A DNA stretch of 64,000 bases from Macrostomum lignano (taxonomy: Eukaryota), in assembly GCA_002269645.1 (NCBI GenBank), contig NIVC01002985.1, positions 1 through 64,000 on the forward strand. Reading direction: 5' to 3'. Under the pieces are notes generated by a model that worked only from the letters and a program-made list of their open reading frames with translations, ran no database searches and was not told where the DNA came from. The position numbers and the translations under genes are program-made. Shown here piece by piece: positions 47,501-58,420 of this stretch. How positions within the stretch are numbered: the first letter of the stretch is position 1; each line of letters begins with the position of its first letter.

Positions 47501-50500
47501 TTGCTACTTGTGGGGAACATCTTATATCTTCTGCTGGCATGCCTGGTGGCATTTCTTAGGTCTTTAAGAAATTGTGGCAATGCTGAACAGAGAGGGTTTT
47601 TTGTTTCTACTGTGATTTTACTTTGGATTTGCTGAACTTTCTTGCTTAAATTATGGATGAAAGCTGGGTTTTGCATGTTGAGATTTGGAATTTTATTCTC
47701 CAGATCCTTTAGATCATCTGAGAAGCAATTGATATGTTGTTCTTGTTGTGGGGTGGGTTTATCTAGTTTTTTTAGTATCCGGAATTTTGTTCTTTGGTTA
47801 TTGGTTGCTTGTTTTGTTTCTGTAATCTCTGCTGTGAATTTACATGATAATGAGAGTATAATTTGATTGTGGTCACTAAGGTAAGTATGGTTTCTTACTT
47901 TAAAGTCTTCAAAGTGCTCAAGTAAGTTGCTAGAGACAAAACAGAGGTCAATTACAGATGAACCAGTTTTGGAGATAAAAGTAAGTGTTCCAGTTGCATC
48001 AGATAGGGATCTACCATTGATTATATGCAAGTTATATGAGTTTGTGATTTGGTTTAATAATCTACCACTTTTACAGGTTTTTTTGTCTTGGCTTTGCCTA
48101 TAGAGTGAGATATTTTTTGCCTTTAAAGTGCTTATTCTATGCAAATCTATATGATCAGTATTGTAAGTATGCGCATTAAAATCTCCCACCAGGATTATGT
48201 TTTCTTCAGAATGATGTGCATCAAGTATTAGTGCTAACTGTTCCCAAGACTCTTCTTCATAGTATTTTGAAGATGTTGGTGGTATGTAAGAGTTGATAAC
48301 AGTAAAATTTTTGCTTTTGTCCTTTTTGTTTTTAAAGTTTAATGTAAAAAAATTGTTGTAGTTATTGAATGACTCAGTCACATTGAAATGTGTTTCTAGT
48401 GATTTTTTATAAGCAGTCAGTAGGCCGCCAGATGCCCTACCAGTAAAACTGCTTCCTTTTTTGTTTGCAGACTTTTGGAAAATTGTGTAGTTGTCACGCA
48501 ATTTGTCAGTGCTGAGAAGCCTATCATTGCTTTTTGTATCAATTATCCAAGTTTCTTGAAGGCAGAAAATAGCATGCTTAAAAATTGGCTCAGCTTCTAA
48601 CAATTCAAGTTTGGGAATCATCACTGAGTCTTTTATAGTATAAAGTCCTGTAATATTCCAACTGCTAATTGTGAAATTTTGTTTAATCTTTTTAATATTG
48701 AGTTCAGAGAGTTTTGATTTAGTATTTTGAGATATTTTTATGTTCCTATGAGTGATACTATTCTTAATCAAGATAAGATAATCTCTAGTGTACTGAATCC
48801 GCTTCTTTTTAGTCCTATTAGCATCAGTAGATTTATTGATACATCTAGTATCAAAAAGGTCGAAAGTCGATGAAGTTCAAAAAGCTTTGATGAAGGGGAC
48901 TCCCTTCTTATAGGCAATTTGAATGTTATTCTCACCATCTTCTTTCCGTTTTTTCAGCTCTTTGATGACCTTCTGCTTGTACGTACGTTCCTTCTCTGTT
49001 AGGTCGTTCTCTATTCTGACTCTTTGATAGGCAGAACCAGCTTCCCGCAGGTTTTTTAGGTTGCCGAAGAAAGCTGCTTTGTCACTTTCGTTTGCAAGGC
49101 GAACAACCAGGGGCCTCGGCCAGTTGCTAAAAGGTTGTTCATGGCCAAGTCGTTTGGTGGCAATAATTGGCACTGTTGATGGGGTGATCTTCAGTCCATC
49201 TTGTAGCAAGTTCTCAAGCTCCTCCGTCTCTTGCAATCCGAAAATTATTATATTATTTTTTTTAACATTTCGCAGATTCACTTCTTCTACAATCTCATCG
49301 AAGCTTATGTCGTACGTTATTGTTTGTTTGCCATTTTCAATTGACTCAAGCTCGGCGATGCGTTCCTCCAGGGCATCCAGTTTAGTATTGACGGCTTTTA
49401 ATTATAAAAGTTATTATAAAATTTTCTTAAAATACTGTATTTAGGCCTAGTCTAAAAAATCCTGCTTTTAGTGGTAACTCATAAAATAAAGTGGTGTCAG
49501 AAAAGAATAGCACATTAAAAAACTTAAATAAAGAAGACTTAAGTAGATGTATACTATGTCTATTGAAATTCGGCCAAGGGGGTTAATCTACATTATGTGC
49601 AATCTATAACTGAAGTCTGTACTCAAGCAGTGCAACTTTAGCAGCGCATGTATGCGCACGTCCAAAAGCAAAAAGTCAAATGTAGAAAAATGTAATTTGA
49701 GCTTATAAACTTTAAGCTCTAGTTTTAAATCAAGAATCTAGTTTAGAAAGCCAGTTCAGGAAGCCAATTCAAGCTACTTTTTAGAGATTACTGTTTTTTA
49801 AGGATTCTTGTCTTTACTTTTGATGCGGAAAATCCCGCATTGAATCCCGCATCAATTACCGCATTGATAGGGCTTAATAAATCAAATTAAATTAATGTCG
49901 GGAAATCCCGCATCGAATCCCGCATCAATTACCGCATCAATGGGGCTTAATAAAGCAAATTAAATTAATGTCGGGAAATCCCGCATCAATCCCGCATCGA
50001 ATCCTGCATCAATTACCGCATCGATGGGGCTTAATAAATCAAATTAAATTAATTTCGGGAAATCCCGCATCGAATCCCGCATCAATTACCGCATTGATGG
50101 GGCTTAATAAATCAAATTAAATTAATGTCGGGAAATCCCGCATCGAATCCCGCATCAATTACCGCATTGATGGGGCTTAATAAATCAAATTAAATGAATG
50201 TCGGGAAATCCCGCATCAAATCTTGCATCAATTACTGCATCAAAGGGGCTTAATAAATCAAATTAAATGAATGTCGGGAAATCCTGCATCAAATCCCGCA
50301 TCAATTACTGCATCAATGGGGCTTAATAAATCAAATTAAATTAATGTCGGGAAATCCCGCATCGAATCCCGCATCAATTACTGCATTGATGGGGCTTAAT
50401 AAATCAAATTAAATTAATGTCAGGAAATCCCGCATCGAATTCCGCATCAATTACCGCATTGATGGGGCTTAATAAAGCAAATTAAATTAATGTCGGGAAA

Positions 50501-51413
50501 TCCCGCATCGAATCCCGCATCAATCCTGCATCGAATCTCGCATCAATTACCGCATCGATGGGGCTTAATAAATCAAATTAAATGAATGTCGGGAAATCCC
50601 GCATCAAATCCTGCATGAATTACCGCATTGATAGGGCTTAATAAATCAAATTAAATTAATGTCGGGAAATCCCGCATTGAATCCCGCATCAATTACCACA
50701 TCGATGGGGCTTAATAAATCAAATTAAATTAATGTTGGAAAATCCCGCATCGAATCCTGCATTGAAAACCGCGTTGTTATGTATTGTACATTACAATGCG
50801 GTTTTTATGGCAGGAAAAACCGTACGGTAAAAAGTCGCACACGTCTTGTACAAAACAAAATACATGTATATATAGCATAAATTAATTTTTTAGCCACTCT
50901 TTAACATACTCCAAAATTTTGACTTCCAAATTTGTTTGAAATTGAAAGTTTTGAACAACTCTAAGCATTATTAAAGAAATTACGAGTATATATATTCCTT
51001 GCACAAAGGTATTAGACCCTCTTCCATGTATATTTATTTGCTACAGCAGCAGATAGCAAGAAAGGGCAGTGTGTGTGCACAGGCTACACTTTTTACAACT
51101 TTTTCCTATAGAGTTAATGGTAGCCAATGTTTCTACATGGCTTATGCATCCATGAGACTAAAGAGTGCTGCCTTAAATTTTCCTGTAACCACTAGCCATA
51201 ATTATAGTAGACCACTCATATTTAAAAGTCATTTTTAGAGATTTTTTATTTTGACTGGAAAATTTGTTTGGAAAAAATATATAAATTGTTAAAATTTGAT
51301 AGTAGTGAATCTTACCCTCCATTCATAGAATATGGACTAAATCCTCCTCTGGCATGTTCCATGGTATCTTTTGCAACCAACTCTTGTTTGAGCTCAAAAG
51401 GAATGAATGACAT
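35559..51413 (-). CDS. PSMB1: Proteasome subunit beta type-1 (beta6), 4 coding exons, ~241 aa, 13,968-bp first coding intron
   Basis: Exons 51413-51316 (..FSPYSMNGG; alternative ATG 51362), 37347-37197 (TLLGIAG..VASDTRL..GFQ), 37114-36796 (GDCLTF..RRFFPYYV..YDPVG..LQPFLDNQ), 35716-35559 (..IFISAAERD..GDG..LRKD*). GT-AG, phases 2/0/1, 726 nt. Confidence 0.93.
35770..36735. repeat. 45-bp minisatellite (21+24-bp subunits, ATTAATAGGGAGATTCTCATG/ATGATTCTTAGAGAGATTCTCATG) in PSMB1 intron 3
   Basis: About 20 copies. Confidence 0.95.
38050..38620 (+). pseudogene. Degraded non-LTR retrotransposon reverse transcriptase fragment (RTE-like)
   Basis: Across stops and frameshifts: IAIPKK..GICL, QNGFQPNHST..QILAL, LFIDFRKAFDSV, LASFLFILVLDWV. 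Confidence 0.75.
38730..40225. mobile_element. Foldback-like element with inverted, internally repetitive TTTGCTTGC arms
   Basis: Left arm ~38735-39450 includes ~11 copies of a 44-bp unit. Right arm ~39950-40225 is inverted and ends ..GTCATACTCCC. ~500-bp AT-rich spacer. No TSD found. Confidence 0.6.
40226..41820 (+). pseudogene. Fragmented ORF resembling the transposon-associated SAMD3-like protein family
   Basis: Recalled family motifs: WPTVYSLP..YK..P..EFDDV..LIVAAFPGL..GS..W..K.R.K; KKPRLE; LQNGISLLLG..LDNFF; LATFSVAFNLQH..FEVISK. Many stops and frameshifts. Confidence 0.4.
43958..44508. mobile_element. 551-bp mini-foldback/MULE-type MITE nested in the 8.7-kb element
   Basis: Inverted arms 43958-44148 and 44250-44508 built from ~15-16-bp TTGCCCGC units. 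Ends GGGTCCATGAGAATTGCCCGCAGAC / (rc) GGGAGCCCGAGAAATGCCCGCAGAC. 9-bp flanks GGAACAAAT and GGAACGAAT (1 mismatch). Confidence 0.8.
45287..48771 (-). pseudogene. LINE ORF2: APE endonuclease + reverse transcriptase + C-terminal CCHC-like motif, disrupted
   Basis: APE: SWNITGL, LQETW, SGGLL, YIPP, GDFNAH, SVIDL, SDHNQI. RT: YRGI, QYGF, VDYEKAFDS, GVLQGNPLS..LF, FADD, FKYLG. C-term: CRLC..HYLTKC. Stop at 47482-84 and frameshifts near 47460, 46830 and ~46300. Confidence 0.9.
48877..49403 (-). CDS. LINE ORF1 (coiled coil + RRM-like RNA-binding region), N-terminally truncated
   Basis: KLDALEERIAELE coiled coil, then KKNNIIIFGLQE..KRLG..RPLVVRL..NDLTEKER..ELKKRK..GE, typical of CR1/L2 ORF1. Confidence 0.75.
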
Positions 51414-51871
51414 TTTTAAACTGTAACTAAGAGACAAAGACTGCTAAGTAATTTTAGCGCCTTACAAGACAAAGATCAATAGTATAAGAGAACAGAGCCT
51501 GCAATTAAAAATGCTGTTATGTGGTGTGGATCAACTGATTTACCTCACACAGTTTTATCTCAATACGGCATATACTGAGCATATTTTAAATTTAGTCTAC
51601 GAAATATAAAATTAAAACAAATCATACTGCTTATATTGATAATTTAAAGAAAAAAAAATTTAGAATTGTCGTTTCTATTTGTTGAAAAAGTATTTAAAAT
51701 AAGGTAATGTCTTTACTTACGTCATTTTTTGTTCGATATTATATGCACACATAGTTTAAATTTAACTGAAGACATTCAGGAGCTGGAACTGCGATTAGTC
51801 AACTTTCCGCAGAAGTTTTTATCACGAAAATACCTACTGAGATTTCTTCCGTCGATAGCTTTTAAGCAACA
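51414..51871. promoter_or_regulatory. Candidate bidirectional promoter / overlapping 5' UTR region between PSMB1 and the LAMP-like gene
   Basis: 458 bp between divergent ATGs. Splice signals on both strands: (-) donor GTAAGT at 51720 and acceptor at 51421; (+) donor at 51704 and acceptor at 51779. Confidence 0.55.
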
Positions 51872-54800
51872 ATGAGGTTAATTTTCTGGATAGCTTTTTT
51901 AGCGACCGTGTTTGGTAAGTGCTAATTGTTTGCAGAATTTTCAATTATATTTTATACTCTACCTCAATTTAATTAAACAGTAAAACCAAAATGATTCAAG
52001 AAACCGTCGTTTAATCTTTTTCATTTTTTACAGACCCGCTGTACTCGTTTAATATTACGGTACATGATACTAAAAACGAATATTTTTTGAGCAGCTTGAT
52101 TAGTGTTAACTTTACGGTGGACAAAAATCCTTCCGGCGAAAAAGTCTCACAGGTGAGCTACTTGTGTTTTTTTATTTTCGCTAGGAATGAGCTGTATTTG
52201 TACGGCATGTTCTTGATTTGACAATATTACAAGTAGAACTGCCCAGAAATCCTAAATTTGCATGTGTAATTCGCAAGCACTATATAAGACAACATTGCAC
52301 ATGTAACTTCAAAAGTTAAAAAATAGATTCTTATTTTCAGGTGATCGAGAATGCAACCGTTAATTTAATTAATACTGAAGTAAATGGCTCCATTGTGTTC
52401 TATCGATTCTCAATTGCTCAGCAAGAGCCGTCGACGTCATTTGTTAAGAGTTTAGACCTTATGATTCAAGCGCAACCGTCTGATGACAAAGAGCGGCGTT
52501 TTATCCAAGAGTTTGAAATTACAGCAACGTTCGACGACAGTACGCAGCTGGCAAATTGGACTGGTGAGTTCAGTCATATCCCTGATTATATTCTTCTTTT
52601 CATCCATTTTCTGGCGACCCATTGAGTATTTAACGACTCGCACTACAGTTTTCTTATTTTATTTCTTATCAAACTATAATGTTTAAACTGCAGGCATTTG
52701 CATTTTAGGGTCACATCTGCGAGGCATGCATTCAGGTAGATAAGGTCTAGTTCGAGTAGCAAGCGCTCCAGTGAGACCAGCGCTGATAAGAAGCTCGAAA
52801 ATTAACTTTTGGCTCATTTCGGCGCCTAAGAAAGAGTGTAGGCATTCATGCAGCTGGGTGCATTGGCTGGAGAGAACTTGTGATTTCTTAAAGTTAAATA
52901 ATTATTGAAGCAGGGGATAATATAGTATTAGAATGGCACTAGTAGCTGGGCCATTGAGTATTTAAAAGGGGTCATCGAGTATCCAAAAATTTATCGAGTT
53001 ATCTCAAAAATCGAAAAATTTATCTAAAGAATCATCGAGTATCCTGATCAGTCATTAAGTATTCTACTGGGTCATTAAGTATCTCACTGGGTCATTAGGT
53101 ATCTCACTGGGTAAGTATCTCACTGGGTGAGTCAGTATCTCTCTGGGTCAGTAAGTATCTCACTGGGTGAGTCAGTATCTCACTGGGTGAGTCAGTATCT
53201 CACTGGGTGAGTCAGTATCTCACTGGGTGAGTCCGTATCTCACTGGGTGAGTCAGTATCTCACTGGGTGAGTCAGTATCTCACTGGGTGAGTCAGTATCT
53301 CACTGGGTGAGTCAGTATCTCACTGGGTGAGTCAGTATCTCACTAGGTGAGTCAGTATCTCACTGGGTGAGTCAGTATCTCACTGGGTGAGTCAGTATCT
53401 CACTGGGTGAGTCAGTATCTCACTGGGTGAGTCAGTATCTCACTGGGTGAGTCAGTATCTCACTGGGTGAGTCAGTATCTCACTGGGTGAGTCAGTATCT
53501 CACTGGGTGAGTCAGTATCTCACTGGGTGAGTCAGTATCTCACTGGGGAGTCAGTATCTCACTGTTAGCAAGCATTGCTAATTCGTACACCAACTCCCAC
53601 AGGCACACCTCTGAGCTTCATTGTCCGCTTCCCGAAGTTTCCGCACTTCCAAGTGAAGACGGACTGGCAGTACAGCTGCCCGGTGTCCCTGCCGCTGTCT
53701 CTCTGTCACGTGCTCAACACCACCGTCTGCTCCGCGGAGCCGCCCTATAAATTTGTAGACGTTGATCTTCGGCTCAGCAATACAGTTTTTAACGCTGGAA
53801 AGCCTGCCAACCATAGCTGTAAGTGTCGCATTTGTGAGGCTTCGACAATAAGCATTTTATTTGCATTACGCATTACTTAATGAAATATACAGACATAAAA
53901 CAGTATGAGACAGTACAGACATGAAATGGCATGAGACAGTATGGACATGAAATGGCATGAGACAGTATGGACATGAAATGGCATGAGACAGTATGGACAT
54001 GAAATGGCATGAGACAGTATGGACATGAAATGGCATGAGACAGTATGGACATGAAATGGCATGAGACAGTATGGACATGAAATGGCATGAGACAGTATGG
54101 ACATGAAATGGCATGAGACAGTATGGACATGAAATGGCATGAGACAGTATGGACATGAAATGGCATGAGACAGTATGGACATGAAATGGCATGAGACAGT
54201 ATGAACATGAAATAGCATGAGACAGTATAGACATGAAATAACATGAGACAGTATGGACATGAAATAACATGAGACAGTATGGACATGAAATAACATGAGA
54301 CAGTATAGACATGAAATAACATGAGACAGTATGGACATGAAATGGCATGAGACAGTACAAGCATGAACTGGCATGAGTATGGACATGAAATAACATGAGA
54401 CAGTATGGACATGAAATAGCATGAGACAGTATAGACATGAAATAACATGAGACAGTATGGACATGAAATAGCATGAGACAGTATGGACATGAAATAACAT
54501 GAGACAGTATGGACATGAAATAGCATGAGACAGTATAGACATGAAATAACATGAGACAGTATGGACATGAAATAGCATGAGACAGTATGGACATGAAATA
54601 GCATGAGACAGTATGGACATGAAATGGCATGAGACAGTACAAGCATGAACTGGCATGAGTATGGACATGAAATGGCATGAGACAGTATGAACATGAAATG
54701 GCATGACCAATGGACTCAAGAGACATTTGCCCTACAATGTCCGCATTGCAGATGCGGACAGGGTGGAAGAATGTCCACTGGCCTACCAGACAAGGCAAGA

Positions 54801-54906
54801 CATTGGCATTGGCTGCATCGTGGCATTCTGGTCCATCGCCCTGGCAGCTGTGCTCTGGGGCGTGATCAAATTCCTGCTCAAGCGCCACAGGAAGCGATAC
54901 GACTGA
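51872..54906 (+). CDS. Type I membrane glycoprotein, LAMP-like (single luminal domain), 5 exons, ~251 aa
   Basis: Exons 51872-51914, 52034-52152, 52341-52563, 53603-53818, 54752-54906 (756 nt, phases 1/0/1/1). Signal peptide MRLIFWIAFLATVF, 7 N-glycosylation sequons, QYSCP and VEEC motifs, TM helix, short basic tail KRHRKRYD. The gene model is firm; the LAMP identity is tentative. Confidence 0.72.
53060..53563. repeat. 20-bp minisatellite (TATCTCACTGGGTGAGTCAG)n in intron 3 of the LAMP-like gene
   Basis: About 20 near-perfect copies plus a degenerate 5' part. Confidence 0.95.
53895..54703. repeat. 26-bp minisatellite (ACATGAAATGGCATGAGACAGTATGG)n in intron 4 of the LAMP-like gene
   Basis: About 31 copies, ending ~50 bp before the last acceptor. 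Confidence 0.95.
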
Positions 54907-55217
54907 TCAAGTTACAATGAAAAACTTAATGTGAACATTTTCTTGATTGTTAAAACTGAATTTATCAAAACAATCTACTTTACGTACAGTAAAACAAAAA
55001 ATGTAAGTATTCTTCAAGCGAACAAATTCTGTTTTTAAATTATATTCTACAAATTAGTTAACAACATTTCCGCAGAACAATTAAATCACAATCCTAAAGA
55101 TTATCCCAGAAAATGTTAACCTTTTTTCTGTGTTTATTGCTTTCGGTATACGTTTCTCATTCAGGTACTCCATTATCTAATTAATTAAAACAACAGCCAC
55201 CTAGTTGTCTCACATGG

Positions 55218-57296
55218 GCCCATCTGTTAGACACGGGTCCATCTGTTAGACACGGATGCATCTGTTAGACACGGGTCCATCTGTTAGACACGGGTCCATC
55301 TGTTAGACACGGGTCCATCTGTTAGACACGGGTCCATCTGTTAGACACGGGTCCATCTGTTAGACACGGGTCCATCTGTTAGACACGGGTCCATCTGTTA
55401 GACACGGGTCCATCTGTTAGACACGGGTCCATCTGTTAGACACGGGTCCATCTGTTAGACACGGGTCCATCTGTTAGACACGGGTCCATCTGTTAGACAC
55501 GGGTCCATCTGTTAGACACGGGTCCATCTGTTAGACACGGGTCCATCTGTTAGACACGGGTCCATCTGTTAGACACGGGTCCATCTGTTAGACACAGATG
55601 CATCTGTTAGACACGGGTCCATCTGTTAGAAACAGGTCCATCTGTTAGACACGGGTCCATCTGTTAGACACGGGTCCATCTGTTAGACACGGGTCCATCT
55701 GTTAGACACGGGTCCATCTGTTAGACACGGGTCCATCTGTTAGACACGGGTCCATCTGTTAGACACGGTCCATCTGTTAGACACGGGTCCATCTGTTAGA
55801 CACGGTCCATCTGTTAGACACGGGTCCATCTGTTAGACACGGATGCATCTGTTAGACACGGGTCCATCTGTTAGACACGGATGCATCTGTTAGACACGGG
55901 CCCATCTGTTAGACACGGGTCCATCTGTTAGACACGGGTCCATCTGTTAGACACGGGTCCATCTGTTAGACACGGGTCCATCTGTTAGACACGGGCCCAT
56001 CTGTTAGACACGGGTCCATCTGTTAGACACGGACCATCTGTTAGACACGGATGCATCTGTTAGACACGGGTCCATCTGTTAGACACGGGTCCATCTGTTA
56101 GACACGGGTTTATCTGTTAGACACGGGTCCATCTGTTAGACACGGATGCATCTGTTAGACACGGGTCCATCTGTTAGACACGGGTCCATCTGTTAGACAC
56201 GGGTCCATCTGTTAGACACGGGTCCATCTGTTAGACACGGGTCCATCTGTTAGACACGGGTCCATCTGTTAGACACGGGTCCATCTGTTAGACACGGATG
56301 CATCTGTTAGACACGGGTCCATCTGTTAGACACGGGTCCATCTGTTAGACACGGGTCCATCTGTTAGACACGGATGCATCTGTTAGACACGGGTCCATCT
56401 GTTAGACACGGGTCCATCTGTTAGACACGGGTCCATCTGTTAGACACGGGTCCATCTGTTAGACACGGATGCATCTGTTAGACACGGGTCCATCTGTTAG
56501 ACACGGGTCCATCTGTTAGACACGGGTCCATCTGTTAGACACGGATGCATCTGTTAGACACGGGTCCATCTGTTAGACACGGATCCATCTGTTAGACACG
56601 GATCCATCTGTTAGACACGGGTCCATCTGTTAGACACGGATGCATCTCTTAGACACGGGTCCATCTGTTAGACACGGATGCATCTGTTAGACACGGGTCC
56701 ATCTGTTAGACACGGGTCCATCTGTTAGACACGGGTCCATCTGTTAGACACGGATGCATCTGTTAGACACGGGTCCATCTGTTAGACACGGGTCCATCTG
56801 TTAGACACGGATCCATCTGTTAGACACGGGTCCATCTGTTAGACACGGGTCCATCTGTTAGACACGGATGCATCTGTTAGACACGGGTCCATCTGTTAGA
56901 CACGGGTCCATCTGTTAGACACGGGTCCATCTGTTAGACACGGGTCCATCTGTTAGACACGGGTCCATCTGTTAGACACGGATGCATCTGTTAGACACGG
57001 GTCCATCTGTTAGACACGGATCCATCTGTTAGACACGGATCCATCTGTTAGACACGGGTCCATCTGTTAGACACGGATGCATCTCTTAGACACGGGTCCA
57101 TCTGTTAGACACGGATGCATCTGTTAGACACGGGTCCATCTGTTAGACACGGGTCCATCTGTTAGACACGGGTCCATCTGTTAGACACGGATGCATCTGT
57201 TAGACACGGGTCCATCTGTTAGACACGGGTCCATCTGTTAGACACGGATCCATCTGTTAGACACGGATCCATCTGTTAGACACGGATGCATCTGTT
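55218..57296. repeat. 19-bp satellite (CATCTGTTAGACACGGGTC)n, ~109 copies
   Basis: Very homogeneous array with recurring GGATG and GGATC variants. Confidence 0.97.
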
Positions 57297-57339
57297 TAGT
57301 CGCTTAATCTTTCCTGGGAGTAAGTAAGAGTCAGATAGT

Positions 57340-58420
57340 AAGAGAGTGAGAGTGAGATTGAGAGAGAGTGAGAGGGTGAGTGAGAGAGAGTGAGAGAGTG
57401 AGAGAGTGAGAGTGAGAGTGAGAGAGTGAGAGTGAGAGAGGGAGCGAGTGAGAGAGTGAAAGAGCGAGAGAGTGAGAGAGTGAGAGAGTGAGAGAGTGAG
57501 AGAGTGAGAGAGTGAGAGAGTTAGAGTGAGAGAGTGAGAGTGAGAGAGGGAGCGAGTGAGAGAGTGAGAGAGTGAGAGAGAGAGTGAGTGAGAGTAAGAG
57601 AGTGAGAGAGTGAGAGAGTGAGAGAGGGAGCGAGTGAGAGAGTGAAAGAGCGAGAGAGTGAGAGAGTGAGAGTGAGAGAGGGAGAGAGTGAGAGAGTGAG
57701 AGAGTGAGAGAGAGGGTGAGTGAGAGAGAGGGTGAGTAAGAGAGAGGGTGAGTGAGAGAGAGTGAGAGAGTGAGAGAGTGAGAGAGTGAGAGAGTGAGAG
57801 AGTGAGAGAGTGAGAGAGTGAGAGAGCGAGAGAGTGAGAGAGTGAGAGAGTGAGAGAGTGAGAGAGTGAGAGTGAGAGAGTGAGAGAGTGAGAGAGTGAG
57901 AGAGTGAGCGAGTGAGAGAGTGAGAGAGTGAGAGAGTGAGAGAGTGAGAGAGCGAGAGAGTGAGAGAGTGAGAGAGTGAGAGAGTGAGAGAGTGAGAGAG
58001 TGAGAGAGTGAGAGTGAGATTGAATGAGAGTGAGAGTGAGAGAGTGAGAGAGTGAGAGAGTGAGAGAGAGGGTGAGTGAGAGAGAGGGAGAGAGAGTGAG
58101 AGTGAGAGTGAGATTGAATGAGAGTGAGAGTGAGAGAGTGAGAGAGTGAGAGAGTGAGAGAGTGAGAGAGTGAGAGAGTGAGAGAGTGAGAGAGTGAGAG
58201 AGTGAGAGAGTGAGAGTGAGATTGAATGAGAGTGAGAGTGAGAGAGTGAGAGAGTGAGAGAGTGAGAGAGAGGGTGAGTGAGAGAGAGGGTGAGTGAGAG
58301 AGAGGGTGAGTGAGAGAGAGGGTGAGTGAGAGAGTGAGAGAGAGGGTGAGTGAGAGAGAGGGTGAGTGAGAGAGTGAGAGAGTGAGCGAGTGAGCGAGTG
58401 AGAGAGTGAGAGAGTGAGAG
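57340..58420. repeat. (GAGAGT/GAGAGAGT)n compound microsatellite, left arm of a mirror pair
   Basis: Purine-rich on plus. Diagnostic variants ATTGAATGAG, GGGTGAGTGAG, GGGAGCGAGTGAGAGAGTGAAAGAGCGAG. Confidence 0.95.

Larger units (their letters stand above)
45240..49405 (-). mobile_element. 5'-truncated APE-type non-LTR retrotransposon (CR1/L2-group-like)
   Basis: ORF1 remnant, APE+RT ORF2, short 3' UTR with AATAAA at 45248-45243. Confidence 0.9.
42177..50844. mobile_element. 8,668-bp foldback (FB/MULE-like) non-autonomous DNA transposon with ~1.0-1.1-kb modular inverted arms
   Basis: Termini ACGTGTGCGACTTTTTACCGTAC / GTACGGTAAAAAGTCGCACACGT, with ~85 bp unique terminal IR at about 3 differences. 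73-bp unit arrays follow (42260-43306 and inverted 49821-50760). Perfect 9-bp TSD CTTGTACAA at 42168-42176 and 50845-50853. No transposase seen. Confidence 0.88.

Noticed and set aside
53060-57296. 20-, 26- and 19-bp arrays as CRISPR repeats or coding repeats
   Set aside because: No spacers. The Cys/His-rich ORFs 53866-54888 are antisense repeat translations inside an intron.
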